From the IMG/VR virus record IMGVR_UViG_3300008255_000003, positions 65,897 to 129,896 of that record: a DNA stretch of 64,000 nt; one strand, 5' to 3'. Shown piece by piece: positions 34,430 through 44,245 of this stretch. A program made the position numbers and the translations under genes. Source of the stretch: a virus. Each line of letters opens with the position of its first letter. Position 1 is the first letter of the stretch. Below the pieces are notes generated by a model that made no database searches, was not told the DNA's origin, and was given only the letters and a program-made list of their open reading frames with translations.

Positions 34430-36475
34430 ATGGCGACGATATTTGACGGATTGAGGGCGAAGACAACACTTAGTGATAAGGAGCTGCTGGAAAGGCTGAG
34501 CAGTCTCTGGAACGTCATGAGCCCTGAAGAGCAAGCGGTGGTGCTTGATGTTGTAGGTCAAGGCGGCTCAACAGACGGCATCCTTGACTCTCTTACTGAG
34601 ACTCATTACTGGCATAAGCCGTTAAGTATGGCTGAGTTCCTTGAAGACACCTCAGTTGCAGGTCCGGGCGTTGAGAGCATGTTCCCCCAGTTGAAGAAAG
34701 ATCTTATCACCATAGTCAGCGGCGGCTACACGGAGGCCGTGCTCACTGGTGGCATTGGATGGGGTAAGAGCTGGTCGGCAAACTACGGCCTGATGTATTT
34801 CATGCACCGTATCATGTGCCTTCGTGAGCCCCAGGAGTCTATGGGCCTTGCTGGTAACTCTGCTCTAATTGTGGCCATGCTTTCCACAAATAGAGAGCAG
34901 GCCCAGAACACCATCCTTAAGGATCTTGGCCGATTCATTGAGCAGTCAGATTTTTTCAAGCAGGTAGGCTTTAAGATCACAAAGAAGATGATCACCATCG
35001 GCAAGTGCATTGAAGTCCACCCATCAGCCGCCAATAACGGCAACCTAATCGGCACCAACGTCATCATGGGGATGCTCGATGAGGCTAACTTTGGTGTTAA
35101 CGCAAAGCAGGTCAAGCGCACTAACTCTATCAATGAGACTGGCCAGCACCTTACGGCTGCCGAGAAGGTTTACAACAGCCTGATGGCTCGTATTAAGTCG
35201 CGCTTCATGGATAAGGGGCACTTGCCTGGGGTGTTCTTTGTGGTGTCATCGAAGAATACTGAGCATGACTTCACGACAAGGCGTATAGCTGAGGCTCAGA
35301 AGGATAGGACGATCTTCGTGGCCGATTATCCAGAATGGGGAACCAAGCCTAAGAAGTTCAGGACTAAGGAGACTTTCCGGGTTTTCTTTGGTGGCCAGTC
35401 TGCTCAGTCAAGAATATTGAAGCAAGGTGAAGATCCTCCTGACATTGAGGATGAGTTCGCGCGCGTGGTCGAGATCCCGGTTGATTATCGTAAAGAGTTT
35501 GAAGACGACATTGTAACGGCCCTTCGTGATATTGCTGGCGTCGCAGTCCCTAAGATCACGCTCTATTTCACCAATAGAAAGTCGATCATCAAGTCAGCTA
35601 TGGGCAGGAATGAGAGTGTCCTTATTAATGGTGGTTGGATCTGGCCATGTGTCGCGGATCAGGTTCCTCTTGATTGGACTAAGCTGGTTAAGAAACACAC
35701 CAAGAATATAGGTGGAGAGCTGTTGAGTTTCGAGGGGCCTATTACAAACCCAGGCACACCGAGACACATTCACCTAGACCTTTCATCAGCACACTGTCTC
35801 ACTGGTTTTACGATGGCTCATACGGTGAGATGGGTCGATCGGCCTTATGTTGATGGTCAGTCTGGGGATGGTGTTGTGAGGACAATGCGTGTGCCATTGA
35901 TCTATGTCGATGCTATTTTTGGCATAGCAGCACCACCTAATGGGGAGATCAACTTACCCACCGTTGCCAGGATCATCCTTGCGCTTAGAGAGCGGGGCTA
36001 CACCATAGGTCATGTGTCTGCCGATCAGTGGCAGAGTAAGTATCTACTCCAAATGCTTAGCGGCACAGGCATATCGACGTCTGAGGTGTCGATGGACACA
36101 ACCACCCTGCCTTATGATGGACTTAAGGATCTCTTTAACGATGGCCGCATATCATGCCCAATGCCTTTGATCCTAAAGTCTGAGCTTTTTGGCCTTGAGC
36201 GTGACAACCTTAATAACAAAGTGCAGAAAGGATCACTCACATCTAAGGATGTTTCAGATTCTTTAGCGGGTGTTTGTCACACGTTAGTAAACAAGCCTTC
36301 TTACGCGATGTTCGACCTCGGTGATGCTGATAGTCTAAGCGGGATGTCAGCACCTTCTGTGAACCTTGAACGCTTTGATGAGGCGGGATTATCATCGTCT
36401 GGTAATGTAGGTCGTGATAACAACGAACGTAGTGCAGAAGCCGTGGTAAGTCGCGGGTTCTTTCACGATCTTTGA
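34430..36475 (+). CDS. terL: Terminase large subunit
   Basis: Walker A GGIGWGKS, Walker B GMLDE, coupling motif VSS, nuclease HLDLS, ADQWQS, KDVSDSLAG. Confidence 0.9.
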   Translation: MATIFDGLRAKTTLSDKELLERLSSLWNVMSPEEQAVVLDVVGQGGSTDGILDSLTETHYWHKPLSMAEFLEDTSVAGPGVESMFPQLKKDLITIVSGGYTEAVLTGGIGWGKSWSANYGLMYFMHRIMCLREPQESMGLAGNSALIVAMLSTNREQAQNTILKDLGRFIEQSDFFKQVGFKITKKMITIGKCIEVHPSAANNGNLIGTNVIMGMLDEANFGVNAKQVKRTNSINETGQHLTAAEKVYNSLMARIKSRFMDKGHLPGVFFVVSSKNTEHDFTTRRIAEAQKDRTIFVADYPEWGTKPKKFRTKETFRVFFGGQSAQSRILKQGEDPPDIEDEFARVVEIPVDYRKEFEDDIVTALRDIAGVAVPKITLYFTNRKSIIKSAMGRNESVLINGGWIWPCVADQVPLDWTKLVKKHTKNIGGELLSFEGPITNPGTPRHIHLDLSSAHCLTGFTMAHTVRWVDRPYVDGQSGDGVVRTMRVPLIYVDAIFGIAAPPNGEINLPTVARIILALRERGYTIGHVSADQWQSKYLLQMLSGTGISTSEVSMDTTTLPYDGLKDLFNDGRISCPMPLILKSELFGLERDNLNNKVQKGSLTSKDVSDSLAGVCHTLVNKPSYAMFDLGDADSLSGMSAPSVNLERFDEAGLSSSGNVGRDNNERSAEAVVSRGFFHDL

Positions 36476-36490
36476 TCTTGGAGGTGAGTT

Positions 36491-38260
36491 GTGGCGCTAA
36501 GAGATGTTTGGGATAACCTCAGTGGTTTTTTCGATAAGAAAGACGATCAGCTAAGGGATATAGATCAAGAGCGCTTTGGTGATATGGGCTCTTTGAGTGG
36601 TGGCTCCTATACGTCTTGGGGTAAATACTCTAATCAGATGAATAGTCTCACCACGATGGACCATGATCTATACAGTAGGAATCTCGAATATGAGCAGATG
36701 GATGGCCACACCGACATCGCGGCAGCCTTGGACATCTATGCTGATGAGGCTACACAGCCAGACTTCTTTAGGCGCGTCCCTATCTGGGTTGAGAGCACCA
36801 ATAACAACGTTGCCAGCGAGCTTAACGCGCTGCTTCATAAGAGACTGAGGGTTAGCTCTTGGTTGTGGGAGTTGACCAGGGGCGTCTGCAAGTACGGCCA
36901 GCAGTATCAGCGGTGGTATGTTGGTGAGGATGGCATCATTGCTTCTGAGCCTGTACCAGCGCCAGCTACGCGCAAGGTATACGATCAGTATGGTCATGCT
37001 CTTGGTTATTTGGTGTCGAAGAGCGGCACAGGTGCTGTCAATGCTGATGCGTTCAGGCGTGTGATCAGGAGTCAGTCAGACTTTGCGGGCAACAATGTCA
37101 GGTCGCTCTTCTCGCGCAATAGTGAGATAGCGTTTTATGACTGGGAGCTTAGCCACTTCAAGCTTCAGGGTCGCGATCGCATGTCTGATTATGGGTGGGC
37201 TGTGACCGAGCCCGTGCGAGGTTCTTATCGTCGCCTAATAATCATGGAAGATAGCGCGTTGGTTTATAAGCTTACTCGCGCGCCTTCTAGGCTGGTGTTT
37301 TACGTTGACACTGGTGAGTTGACTGGACGTCAAGCGATGGCGCAGGTCAATGTCGTAAAGGATGCCTTGAGAACCAAGAAGCACCTATCCAAGAATCAGC
37401 CAGGCAAGATGGAGCTAACCTTTGATCCCACCTTCTTAGACGACTTCTTTCTGCCCGTGCATTCGGTTAAAGGTAGGAGCGTCGAGATCGACACCCTGCA
37501 AGGGCCGGATTACCAGGCCATGATGGATGTTGTGTACTTTAAGGATCAGGTTGGTCGCGGCTTGAAGATTCCCGACTTTGGGCGTTCTGAGAATAGTGGT
37601 GGAGGTACTGGCTTACTTTCCCAGCGCGACTTCAGGTTTGCTGCGATGATCATGCGCATTCAGCGCGCAGTGTGCGAAGGGTTCAGGTTTGCTTGTCATG
37701 TTCACCTTATCGCCCTGGGCTATGATCCTTATGACTTCGACTTTGAAATTGTGATGGCAGTGCCTTCTGCAATCCTTGAGCTTGCGAGAATGGAGGTTCT
37801 ATCTGCAAAGTCGGACATCATCTCGCGTCTTGGTGAGAATATCTCGGTCAGGTGGCTAATGGTCAACCTGCTTGGGTTGTCTGAGGATGAGGCTGTAATG
37901 CTCATGGTTCAGCGGCAAGAGGAGCTAGACTTCGTTGCTGGTGGTGAGCTTGATCGTGAGTCTGCCAGAGAGCGCATGAGTTCGCTTATGCGTGAGGGCG
38001 CTGATATGAGTGATGCGGCTGTCACTGAGAGGGCGGAGGCTCACATCAAGCTGAAGGGTAGTCGTGGAGCTAGAGGTGTAACGCTTAACGAGTTTTACGG
38101 CGGCTCTAATGATCACTCACCAAGTAAGATCCTAAAAGAGCTACAGACAAACCACCGCGATCTTCTCGCTCGACTGAACAATCTTAGCACTGTTGTGGAG
38201 TCCATCAGCTCTCACCACGGCATGTCGTCATTCGCACAGTCGCCACCGAGTCATAAGTAA
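36491..38260 (+). CDS. Portal protein (T4 gp20-like)
   Basis: AALDIYADEA, MEDSALVYKLTRAPSRLVFYVDTG, DDFFLP, IDTLQG, LKIP. Confidence 0.9.
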   Translation: MALRDVWDNLSGFFDKKDDQLRDIDQERFGDMGSLSGGSYTSWGKYSNQMNSLTTMDHDLYSRNLEYEQMDGHTDIAAALDIYADEATQPDFFRRVPIWVESTNNNVASELNALLHKRLRVSSWLWELTRGVCKYGQQYQRWYVGEDGIIASEPVPAPATRKVYDQYGHALGYLVSKSGTGAVNADAFRRVIRSQSDFAGNNVRSLFSRNSEIAFYDWELSHFKLQGRDRMSDYGWAVTEPVRGSYRRLIIMEDSALVYKLTRAPSRLVFYVDTGELTGRQAMAQVNVVKDALRTKKHLSKNQPGKMELTFDPTFLDDFFLPVHSVKGRSVEIDTLQGPDYQAMMDVVYFKDQVGRGLKIPDFGRSENSGGGTGLLSQRDFRFAAMIMRIQRAVCEGFRFACHVHLIALGYDPYDFDFEIVMAVPSAILELARMEVLSAKSDIISRLGENISVRWLMVNLLGLSEDEAVMLMVQRQEELDFVAGGELDRESARERMSSLMREGADMSDAAVTERAEAHIKLKGSRGARGVTLNEFYGGSNDHSPSKILKELQTNHRDLLARLNNLSTVVESISSHHGMSSFAQSPPSHK

Positions 38261-38278
38261 CATGCAACCGTTGCATGT
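38260..38278. repeat. Dispersed palindrome, copy 14, filling the gap between the portal stop and the next ATG
   Basis: ACATGCAACCGTTGCATGT. Confidence 0.95.
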
Positions 38279-39088
38279 ATGGAGTTAGAGATGAGGCTTT
38301 TGAATATCGAGAAGCTTGACGGTTTAACTAGCGGCTCTTTTGAATCGATCATAGCTATGATCAGGGAGTACATGGCTACATCATTGCCAGACCTCCACCT
38401 CCTATCGACCAAGGTTGACACATTCATTGCTAGTGATGGTGAGAAGATGTTTACCTATGGCTACTCTATAGGTGAGGGTGTGCTTCAGGTTGAGGCCAAG
38501 TCTGTTGACACTGTTTTCATTGAAGGCTTTGAGCTTGGCCTGCGTCAGCTTGAGGTTGAAAGAGCCTTCAACGAAGCTCTTGAGCGCTGTGACTACGATC
38601 GAACGATCGACCTGGCGTCTGATATGAAGACGATGAGGATGTATGCTGGTGATGATTTTTGGATTGATAGGGTTTTGCTTTTCTTTGAGCAGTCACCTGT
38701 CGTCAATAAGTATGATGATCTTACAGAGGCTGTCTTTAGCGCTCGTGCTGAGCGTCTAAAGGTCTTCGCAGGCAATACAAAACCATCATTTTTAACGTTA
38801 CGAGATGACGTTGTTGAGATGGTGAGTTCTGGCGAGCGCCGTGGAGCTTTAGCTTTATTGCGCGAACACTACGACTTTTTTGCAAGTAAGCTACTTGCTC
38901 AGATGTCAAATCAAGATAGGATAGCAGTGATTGAGTCGATCGGGTCGTTCGTGATCAATCTTGAGTCTTATTGGTCATTGATTAATGAGTCTAAGGCTGG
39001 TCAGGCTTTGGTTGAGATCTCAGACACCATGCAATCATTGCATGAGTCATTATCAAACACAGAGGTATCAGATGAGCGAGTTGAATGA
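38279..39088 (+). CDS. Hypothetical head-region protein
   Basis: Between portal and protease; carries hydrophobic-x-E-S motifs. Confidence 0.6.
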   Translation: MELEMRLLNIEKLDGLTSGSFESIIAMIREYMATSLPDLHLLSTKVDTFIASDGEKMFTYGYSIGEGVLQVEAKSVDTVFIEGFELGLRQLEVERAFNEALERCDYDRTIDLASDMKTMRMYAGDDFWIDRVLLFFEQSPVVNKYDDLTEAVFSARAERLKVFAGNTKPSFLTLRDDVVEMVSSGERRGALALLREHYDFFASKLLAQMSNQDRIAVIESIGSFVINLESYWSLINESKAGQALVEISDTMQSLHESLSNTEVSDERVE

Positions 39089-39647
39089 GGTCAGGAAGCG
39101 TCGCAACTACTCCAAGGGCGGCAAGCAAACCGTGGTGAAGCGCGGCACCCCAGCAGAGCGTCGTAAGTGGAAGATGGCCAGCCGTAAGCGTCGCAAGACA
39201 GCAGCCTTCAAGCAATACCAGCGCCGTCAGAAGACTGACCCGGCAGCCAAGCGCCGTGAGCGTGTGAAAGCTCGATTTGAGGGTGCTGGTAACAGCAATC
39301 CTTATCTTGAGGCTGTCATGCGTCAGCACAACCTCGCAGCCAACCTGGCTGAGAGCTTCTCACCACTGGTTGAGAGTGGTGATCTTCATGAGTCGCTCAC
39401 CGAAGCGCTTGATCGCATGAGTTCTCAACTTCTGGAGCTTGCCGAGGGCATCGCAGAGGGCGACTATACGATCGAAGAGGCTTGCTCGATGTGCGCGCAA
39501 GCAGCCAAGAACCTCGCACCAGCTATCGACATGTATCACGACCTCGCTGAGGGCGATGAGTATGACGATGAAGAGGATGATGAGGACTGGGACGAAGACG
39601 AAGATGAGGAGTGGGATGACGAAGATGACGATGATGACGATGATTGA
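39072..39647 (+). CDS. Probable prohead core protein (basic N-terminus, acidic C-terminus; T4 gp67/gp68-like position)
   Basis: R/K-rich first ~70 aa, D/E tail, LxES motifs, capsid-like codon bias. Confidence 0.55.
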   Translation: MSELNEVRKRRNYSKGGKQTVVKRGTPAERRKWKMASRKRRKTAAFKQYQRRQKTDPAAKRRERVKARFEGAGNSNPYLEAVMRQHNLAANLAESFSPLVESGDLHESLTEALDRMSSQLLELAEGIAEGDYTIEEACSMCAQAAKNLAPAIDMYHDLAEGDEYDDEEDDEDWDEDEDEEWDDEDDDDDDD

Positions 39648-39900
39648 GAATTATGTTGAGGGCCTATCTGAGTCTGAACGAAGTAGGTTCCTCAACACTC
39701 AATCATCCAGAAAGAGGACTGGTGGCAAGCGAAAACGCCGCACAGCCTATTCGTCAGGTCGTCGAGAGGCCCTTGGTATGCGAAGAAAGAAGTTTAGCAA
39801 TATCAAGAGCGACACCAAGGGCCTCACCAAGCGCCGCAAGCGGAAAGAGATTTTCGCCCAGAGTGGCATCCGTAGAAAATCAAGATTTAAGCGCTACTGA
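39640..39900 (+). CDS. Very basic small protein (probable core protein)
   Basis: 86 aa from ATG 39640, about one third Arg+Lys; fills the gap to the protease gene. Confidence 0.55.
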   Translation: MIENYVEGLSESERSRFLNTQSSRKRTGGKRKRRTAYSSGRREALGMRRKKFSNIKSDTKGLTKRRKRKEIFAQSGIRRKSRFKRY

Positions 39901-39908
39901 GGTGCTCA

Positions 39909-41810
39909 ATGTCGCAGCAAATACTTGTCGAGGCGCCCGTTGAGGAGATTAGAGTTCAGCTCGCTGAGGGTAGCACTCCAGGCCGTAAGGTGATCTTTCT
40001 TGAGGGCGCTTTCGGCGTGGTGGATAAGCTTACCGCTAACGGGCGTGTCTATTCTTCATCAATCATCCAGGCTCAGATCGATCGCCTTGGCAAGTACATG
40101 AGCCGCCGCGCATTGTTTGGTGAGGTCGATCACCCATCTACGGCTCAGGTGAGTCTGATGAATGCGGGCACGCTGATCGAGTCGCTAAGGATCGATCCAG
40201 ATGGCATTGTTCGTGGCAAGATGCGCATCCTTGATGGCGACTATGGGCCTGGTGATAAGCTTCGCTCACTTGTTGATCACGGCGTGTCTCTTGGCGTCTC
40301 GTCAAGGGGTACTGGCAGTGTTGTGAAAGATGGCTCTCGCCACATCGTTCAGTCTGACTTTTACCTGTCAGCGTTTGATGTTGTCGCGGTCCCTGCTTTT
40401 GATGGCGCCTACCCTTCCGTCCGCACCGAGTCTATAAATGGTGGTGTTGAGGATTTGAGGATCGAGGCATTCAGCTTCGATCGCATAAACAATCATGGAG
40501 ACAGTATGAGTAATCAAAACGCTCATAGCAACGTCAAGCCAGACTCTCAAAGTGAGTCAAATCGCCACCAGCAAGCACTAAGGGCTGATGAGGCGATTGA
40601 GGCAGCGCGCATGCGAGGCTATGAGGCAGGTCTTAACGAGGGCAGGTCTAAGACACTTGCTGAATCATCACAGCAAGACATGCAACGGTTGCAGGCTGAT
40701 AACAAGGTTCTGTCTGAGCAGTTGTCTGGCGCCAACATGAAGGTGGAGATCATTGAGTCTGAGCTTACCCAGATTAAGGCAAGCTCGCTCAAGGGTATGG
40801 TGGAGTCTGAGCTTCGCCGTCACCTTCCATTCGTTGTTGAGTCTGACCGCGAGGCCTTCAAGAACCTGATCCCACAATGGTCAAGCGTCACAGACTTTGA
40901 TTCTTTCAAGTCTGCTTTGGACTGTGTTGTTGAGGACTTCAAGCGCACTGACAGATACCTTGATCTTGATGAAGATGGTCTTGCCGAGAGTGTCATTAAC
41001 GCCTTGGATAATGAGGCGTACTTGAGTGAGTCGGTTGAGCTTCTTGAGTTTGCACGCGCTGCTATTGTGGATCTTAGGGAGCAGGCAGCCTACGCAGCCA
41101 ACCTCGATGAGTCGCTGGACCTTCTGTCTAATGCTCATGCTCACATCTCACTCTTGTCTGTGGAGCACCTTAAGACGCAGACGGCCCTTGATGAGGCTAT
41201 TGATCTTATCGAGTCGCTGGAGGCAGATGTTGACACTTTGAAGAAAGAGCGTCGAAGCCTTCGCAATGAGGCTAAGTCTGCACTGTCTGACCTTGAGGCT
41301 CTAAGGCTTGAGAACGAGCAGCTCATTGAGAGTTCCAAGCAGTATAAGCACATGGTGTCAGAATCTAAGCTTATGAGTGAGAGTGTCAAAGCTCTTGAGG
41401 AGAGCGCTCTTGAGTCCAAGAACCAAGCGTTAGAGCTTGAGCTTGAGAAGTACAAGGCTGTGATTGGATCTCCAAACCCGATCACCATGCTAGAGCACCT
41501 CTCTAAGGCGTCTAACGCTCAAGAGGTGCCTCTGCTTGCCGAGCAGTACCGAGGGCAAAGGACAAGGCAGCATAGCCGCCCAGGTGGGCTGACATCTACG
41601 GGTCACAGTATCCTCAATGAGGAGAACATGGGCGACCTTGGTAACGTGATGCAAGCCTTGAATAGCAGGTCGCCAAAGGCGCTGAGTGATGAGCATCAGT
41701 CAACGCTTTCTGAGGGCTTTGGCAATAATGCAAGGCTTGAAGACACCTCCAAGTATGGTGCATCGCTCAATGATCTGAGTGCTATCATGAGGCTCTCAGC
41801 CAAGAATTAG
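39909..41810 (+). CDS. Prohead protease (T4 gp21-like) fused to a coiled-coil scaffold
   Basis: ANGRVY, GEVDHP, GVSSRGTGS, FDVVAVPAFDGAY, then ~450 aa of heptad-rich sequence. Confidence 0.9.
   Translation: MSQQILVEAPVEEIRVQLAEGSTPGRKVIFLEGAFGVVDKLTANGRVYSSSIIQAQIDRLGKYMSRRALFGEVDHPSTAQVSLMNAGTLIESLRIDPDGIVRGKMRILDGDYGPGDKLRSLVDHGVSLGVSSRGTGSVVKDGSRHIVQSDFYLSAFDVVAVPAFDGAYPSVRTESINGGVEDLRIEAFSFDRINNHGDSMSNQNAHSNVKPDSQSESNRHQQALRADEAIEAARMRGYEAGLNEGRSKTLAESSQQDMQRLQADNKVLSEQLSGANMKVEIIESELTQIKASSLKGMVESELRRHLPFVVESDREAFKNLIPQWSSVTDFDSFKSALDCVVEDFKRTDRYLDLDEDGLAESVINALDNEAYLSESVELLEFARAAIVDLREQAAYAANLDESLDLLSNAHAHISLLSVEHLKTQTALDEAIDLIESLEADVDTLKKERRSLRNEAKSALSDLEALRLENEQLIESSKQYKHMVSESKLMSESVKALEESALESKNQALELELEKYKAVIGSPNPITMLEHLSKASNAQEVPLLAEQYRGQRTRQHSRPGGLTSTGHSILNEENMGDLGNVMQALNSRSPKALSDEHQSTLSEGFGNNARLEDTSKYGASLNDLSAIMRLSAKN
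40678..40696. repeat. Dispersed palindrome, copy 15, inside the scaffold (MQRLQA)
   Basis: ACATGCAACGGTTGCAGGC. Confidence 0.85.
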
Positions 41811-41913
41811 TCTCAAATAAGTGTGCAAGGTGTTTAATCACATCTTGTGCAGTTGAAAAAAGCCGATACTGTTACTTAAGACAAGCTAACTTACCTGATA
41901 GAGAGGAGATACC

Positions 41914-43458
41914 GTGCAAACTCAACATTTCAGCCCTGCAAACCAGTCGGTCCATAACCTTAGCTACCGCGACCACCTCATCCAAAGCCATGCTGAGATC
42001 CTCAATCTCGTGAAGTGGAAGGATCTTGGTCTTAGCGAGAGTGAGGAGCTTTATCGCCGTGGCGTGATGGCTCAGATCATCGAGACGGTGCTTGAGAACA
42101 GCCAGTCTGGCGCACTCAGCTCCGGCATGGTCATGGAGTCTGCTGGCACCTCGACTGCCAACCTGCAAGGCTACGCTCAGACGATCCTGCCACTGCTTCT
42201 CAACGTGTTCCCCAACCTGATCGGTCATGAGCTGTTCTCGATTCAGCCTATGAACGGCCCCCTTGGGCAGGTCTACTACTACGATTGGGTCTACGCATCC
42301 AATAAGGGATCTGTCAACGCTGGCACGAAGGTCATGGGTTCGGGTCAGACCTACGCTCACCAATACTCCTCAGAGGAGATTGACGGCGAGTCTCTTGGCG
42401 CTGGCGACGGCACCAAGTGGGGCGGCGCTGGTAGTGCGATCAACTACTCGACAGCCTACATGCCGATCTACCCCAACAACAACACTGACAACTCCAACCC
42501 ATCACCTGTTCGTCAGGTCAGCATGGTTGAGTTAAACAGCGCTGGTGCTGCTGTTCAGACTGCTGTTGATAACGGCATTGGTGGGTTCACAGGCGACGCA
42601 GCTTCTGGCTCCATCGACTACGCCACTGGTGCTATCACTGGCTTTAAATTTACCGCTGCCGTTGGTAACGGTAACATCGTCAAGGTCTTCTACTGGTACA
42701 AGTCGGAAGGCAACTCGAACATCGGTGACATCTCCTTTGAGACGCGCGCCGCTGACATCCGTGCTGAGGACCGCGAGCTTCGTGCGACGTGGACCATGAA
42801 TGCCACCGAGGATCTTCGTCGCCAGCATGGCATCGACGGTCACGCCACCATGATCGCTGGTATCTCCAGCCTGATTGGCTACGATCTTGACCGTATGATG
42901 ATCGATCGCACTCGTCGCGCAGCCGCTACGTCTGCAACCTGGGATCAGGCTGGTGCAAGCGCTGGTGAGTCTCAGATCGATTACTACGCCACGCTCGTCA
43001 CGACGATGCACCAAGTCGGCGCAACGATCCTTACAAAGACGCAGCGCTCTCGTCCTCAGTGGGCTGTCACGTCGCCTAACGTCGCTGCGATTCTTGAGCA
43101 GCTTCAGAAGCATGGCGATTACGCTCCTGCCGCACCTACGACTGAGCGCGCTGGATCGTTCGGTGGCATCTCGTCTGACCTTGGTGTCTCGCGCGTCGGT
43201 TTGATCTCCAACCGCCTCCGCCTGTACCAAGATCCTCACTTCCCAGCCAGCCAGATCCTTCTGGGATTCAAGGGCAGCAACTACCTTGAGAGTGGCGCCG
43301 TCTACGCACCATATATCGCACTCTCTATGACTCCTGCCTTCCATGACCCCAATGATGGCAAGATGAAGCGCCGCTTCACCAGCCGTGACGCCTTCAAGGT
43401 CATTCGCCCAGAATACTATGGCCTGGTGAACATCTCTAACCTCAACGCACCCGTTTGA
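41914..43458 (+). CDS. Major capsid protein (T4 gp23-like)
   Basis: FPNLIGHELFSIQPMNGPLG, RELRATWTMNATEDL, GFKGSNYLESGAVYAPYI; RBS GAGGAG; strongest codon bias in the window. Confidence 0.92.
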   Translation: MQTQHFSPANQSVHNLSYRDHLIQSHAEILNLVKWKDLGLSESEELYRRGVMAQIIETVLENSQSGALSSGMVMESAGTSTANLQGYAQTILPLLLNVFPNLIGHELFSIQPMNGPLGQVYYYDWVYASNKGSVNAGTKVMGSGQTYAHQYSSEEIDGESLGAGDGTKWGGAGSAINYSTAYMPIYPNNNTDNSNPSPVRQVSMVELNSAGAAVQTAVDNGIGGFTGDAASGSIDYATGAITGFKFTAAVGNGNIVKVFYWYKSEGNSNIGDISFETRAADIRAEDRELRATWTMNATEDLRRQHGIDGHATMIAGISSLIGYDLDRMMIDRTRRAAATSATWDQAGASAGESQIDYYATLVTTMHQVGATILTKTQRSRPQWAVTSPNVAAILEQLQKHGDYAPAAPTTERAGSFGGISSDLGVSRVGLISNRLRLYQDPHFPASQILLGFKGSNYLESGAVYAPYIALSMTPAFHDPNDGKMKRRFTSRDAFKVIRPEYYGLVNISNLNAPV

Positions 43459-43486
43459 TGGTTGAGAGTTAGGTCGGGACTGAGTT

Positions 43487-43519
43487 AAGCTTAGGGGGTC
43501 TTTCGACCCCCTAAGCTTT
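43487..43519 (+). terminator. Terminator after the major capsid gene
   Basis: 14-bp stem AAGCTTAGGGGGTC/GACCCCCTAAGCTT. Confidence 0.75.
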
Positions 43520-43542
43520 GTCATTTACAATGAGGTGAAGTC

Positions 43543-44139
43543 ATGACTCTTAAGAAGATCAGAAGGTTCAAGCTGCGCAGAGAGTTCGCTGAGAATGTGC
43601 GCAAGGGCGGAGTGTTCAACCTAGGTGGCTATCGAGTGCCAGTCTATCAAGTCACCAGGCATGATGAGATCATTGAAGGTGATCTTTACGCCTACTTAAG
43701 CCCAGACATTTTGGCGGAGATTGCACCCCGCTATGTTGATGTTGATGACTCGGGCAATGAGTCACCTGTTGACGATGTTAAGGCTTTGGAGTCCAAGGCC
43801 TCAGAGCCAGTAGTAGAGCCCAAGGTTGAGAAGGTGGTTGTTGAGGCAATCCCTACACCTCCGACGCCAGAGCCAGCCCCTGCTGATGACACTGACATTC
43901 TTGACTTCCTTGAGGATGGCGAGGATGAAGAGGATGGTGAAGATGACTCCAAGTCCTTGCAGTCTTCACATTCCTATGTCCCCTCGAACCTTGAGGAGCT
44001 TGAGAAGATGACGACTAAAGAGCTTAAGCTTCTCACGCAAGAGCTTGAGGTCTATGACAAGGTAAAGACCGCCGAGTCTGGACATCGCAGCAAAGGTGCA
44101 TATATCGAGGTCTTGTCTGACGAGCTTTTTGGCAAGTAA
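43543..44139 (+). CDS. Hypothetical protein with acidic linker and a small C-terminal helical (SAP/Rho-N-like) domain
   Basis: LEKMTTKELKLL...SKGAYIEVL pattern; tentative. Confidence 0.5.
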   Translation: MTLKKIRRFKLRREFAENVRKGGVFNLGGYRVPVYQVTRHDEIIEGDLYAYLSPDILAEIAPRYVDVDDSGNESPVDDVKALESKASEPVVEPKVEKVVVEAIPTPPTPEPAPADDTDILDFLEDGEDEEDGEDDSKSLQSSHSYVPSNLEELEKMTTKELKLLTQELEVYDKVKTAESGHRSKGAYIEVLSDELFGK

Positions 44140-44140
44140 G

Positions 44141-44159
44141 ACATGCAACCGTTGCACGT
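44141..44159. repeat. Dispersed palindrome, copy 16, 1 nt after a stop codon
   Basis: ACATGCAACCGTTGCACGT. Confidence 0.9.
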
Positions 44160-44162
44160 TTG

Positions 44163-44188
44163 AATGGGCGCTAAGGCGCCCATTTTTT
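44163..44188 (+). terminator. Intrinsic terminator just after palindrome copy 16
   Basis: AATGGGCGC/GCGCCCATT followed by TTTT. Confidence 0.75.
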
Positions 44189-44245
44189 ATGCCTTGCGAG
44201 TCTCAACGCTGCTACACTTGGCTAGTATCCATAGGAGGTTGATAT

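Noticed and set aside
39644-39943. Track ORF 39644-39943
   Set aside because: It overlaps the protease start; the alternative frame 39640-39900 fits the gap exactly
42532-43524. 330-aa antisense ORF over the capsid gene
   Set aside because: Expected shadow of strong codon bias on the sense strand; no recognisable protein features
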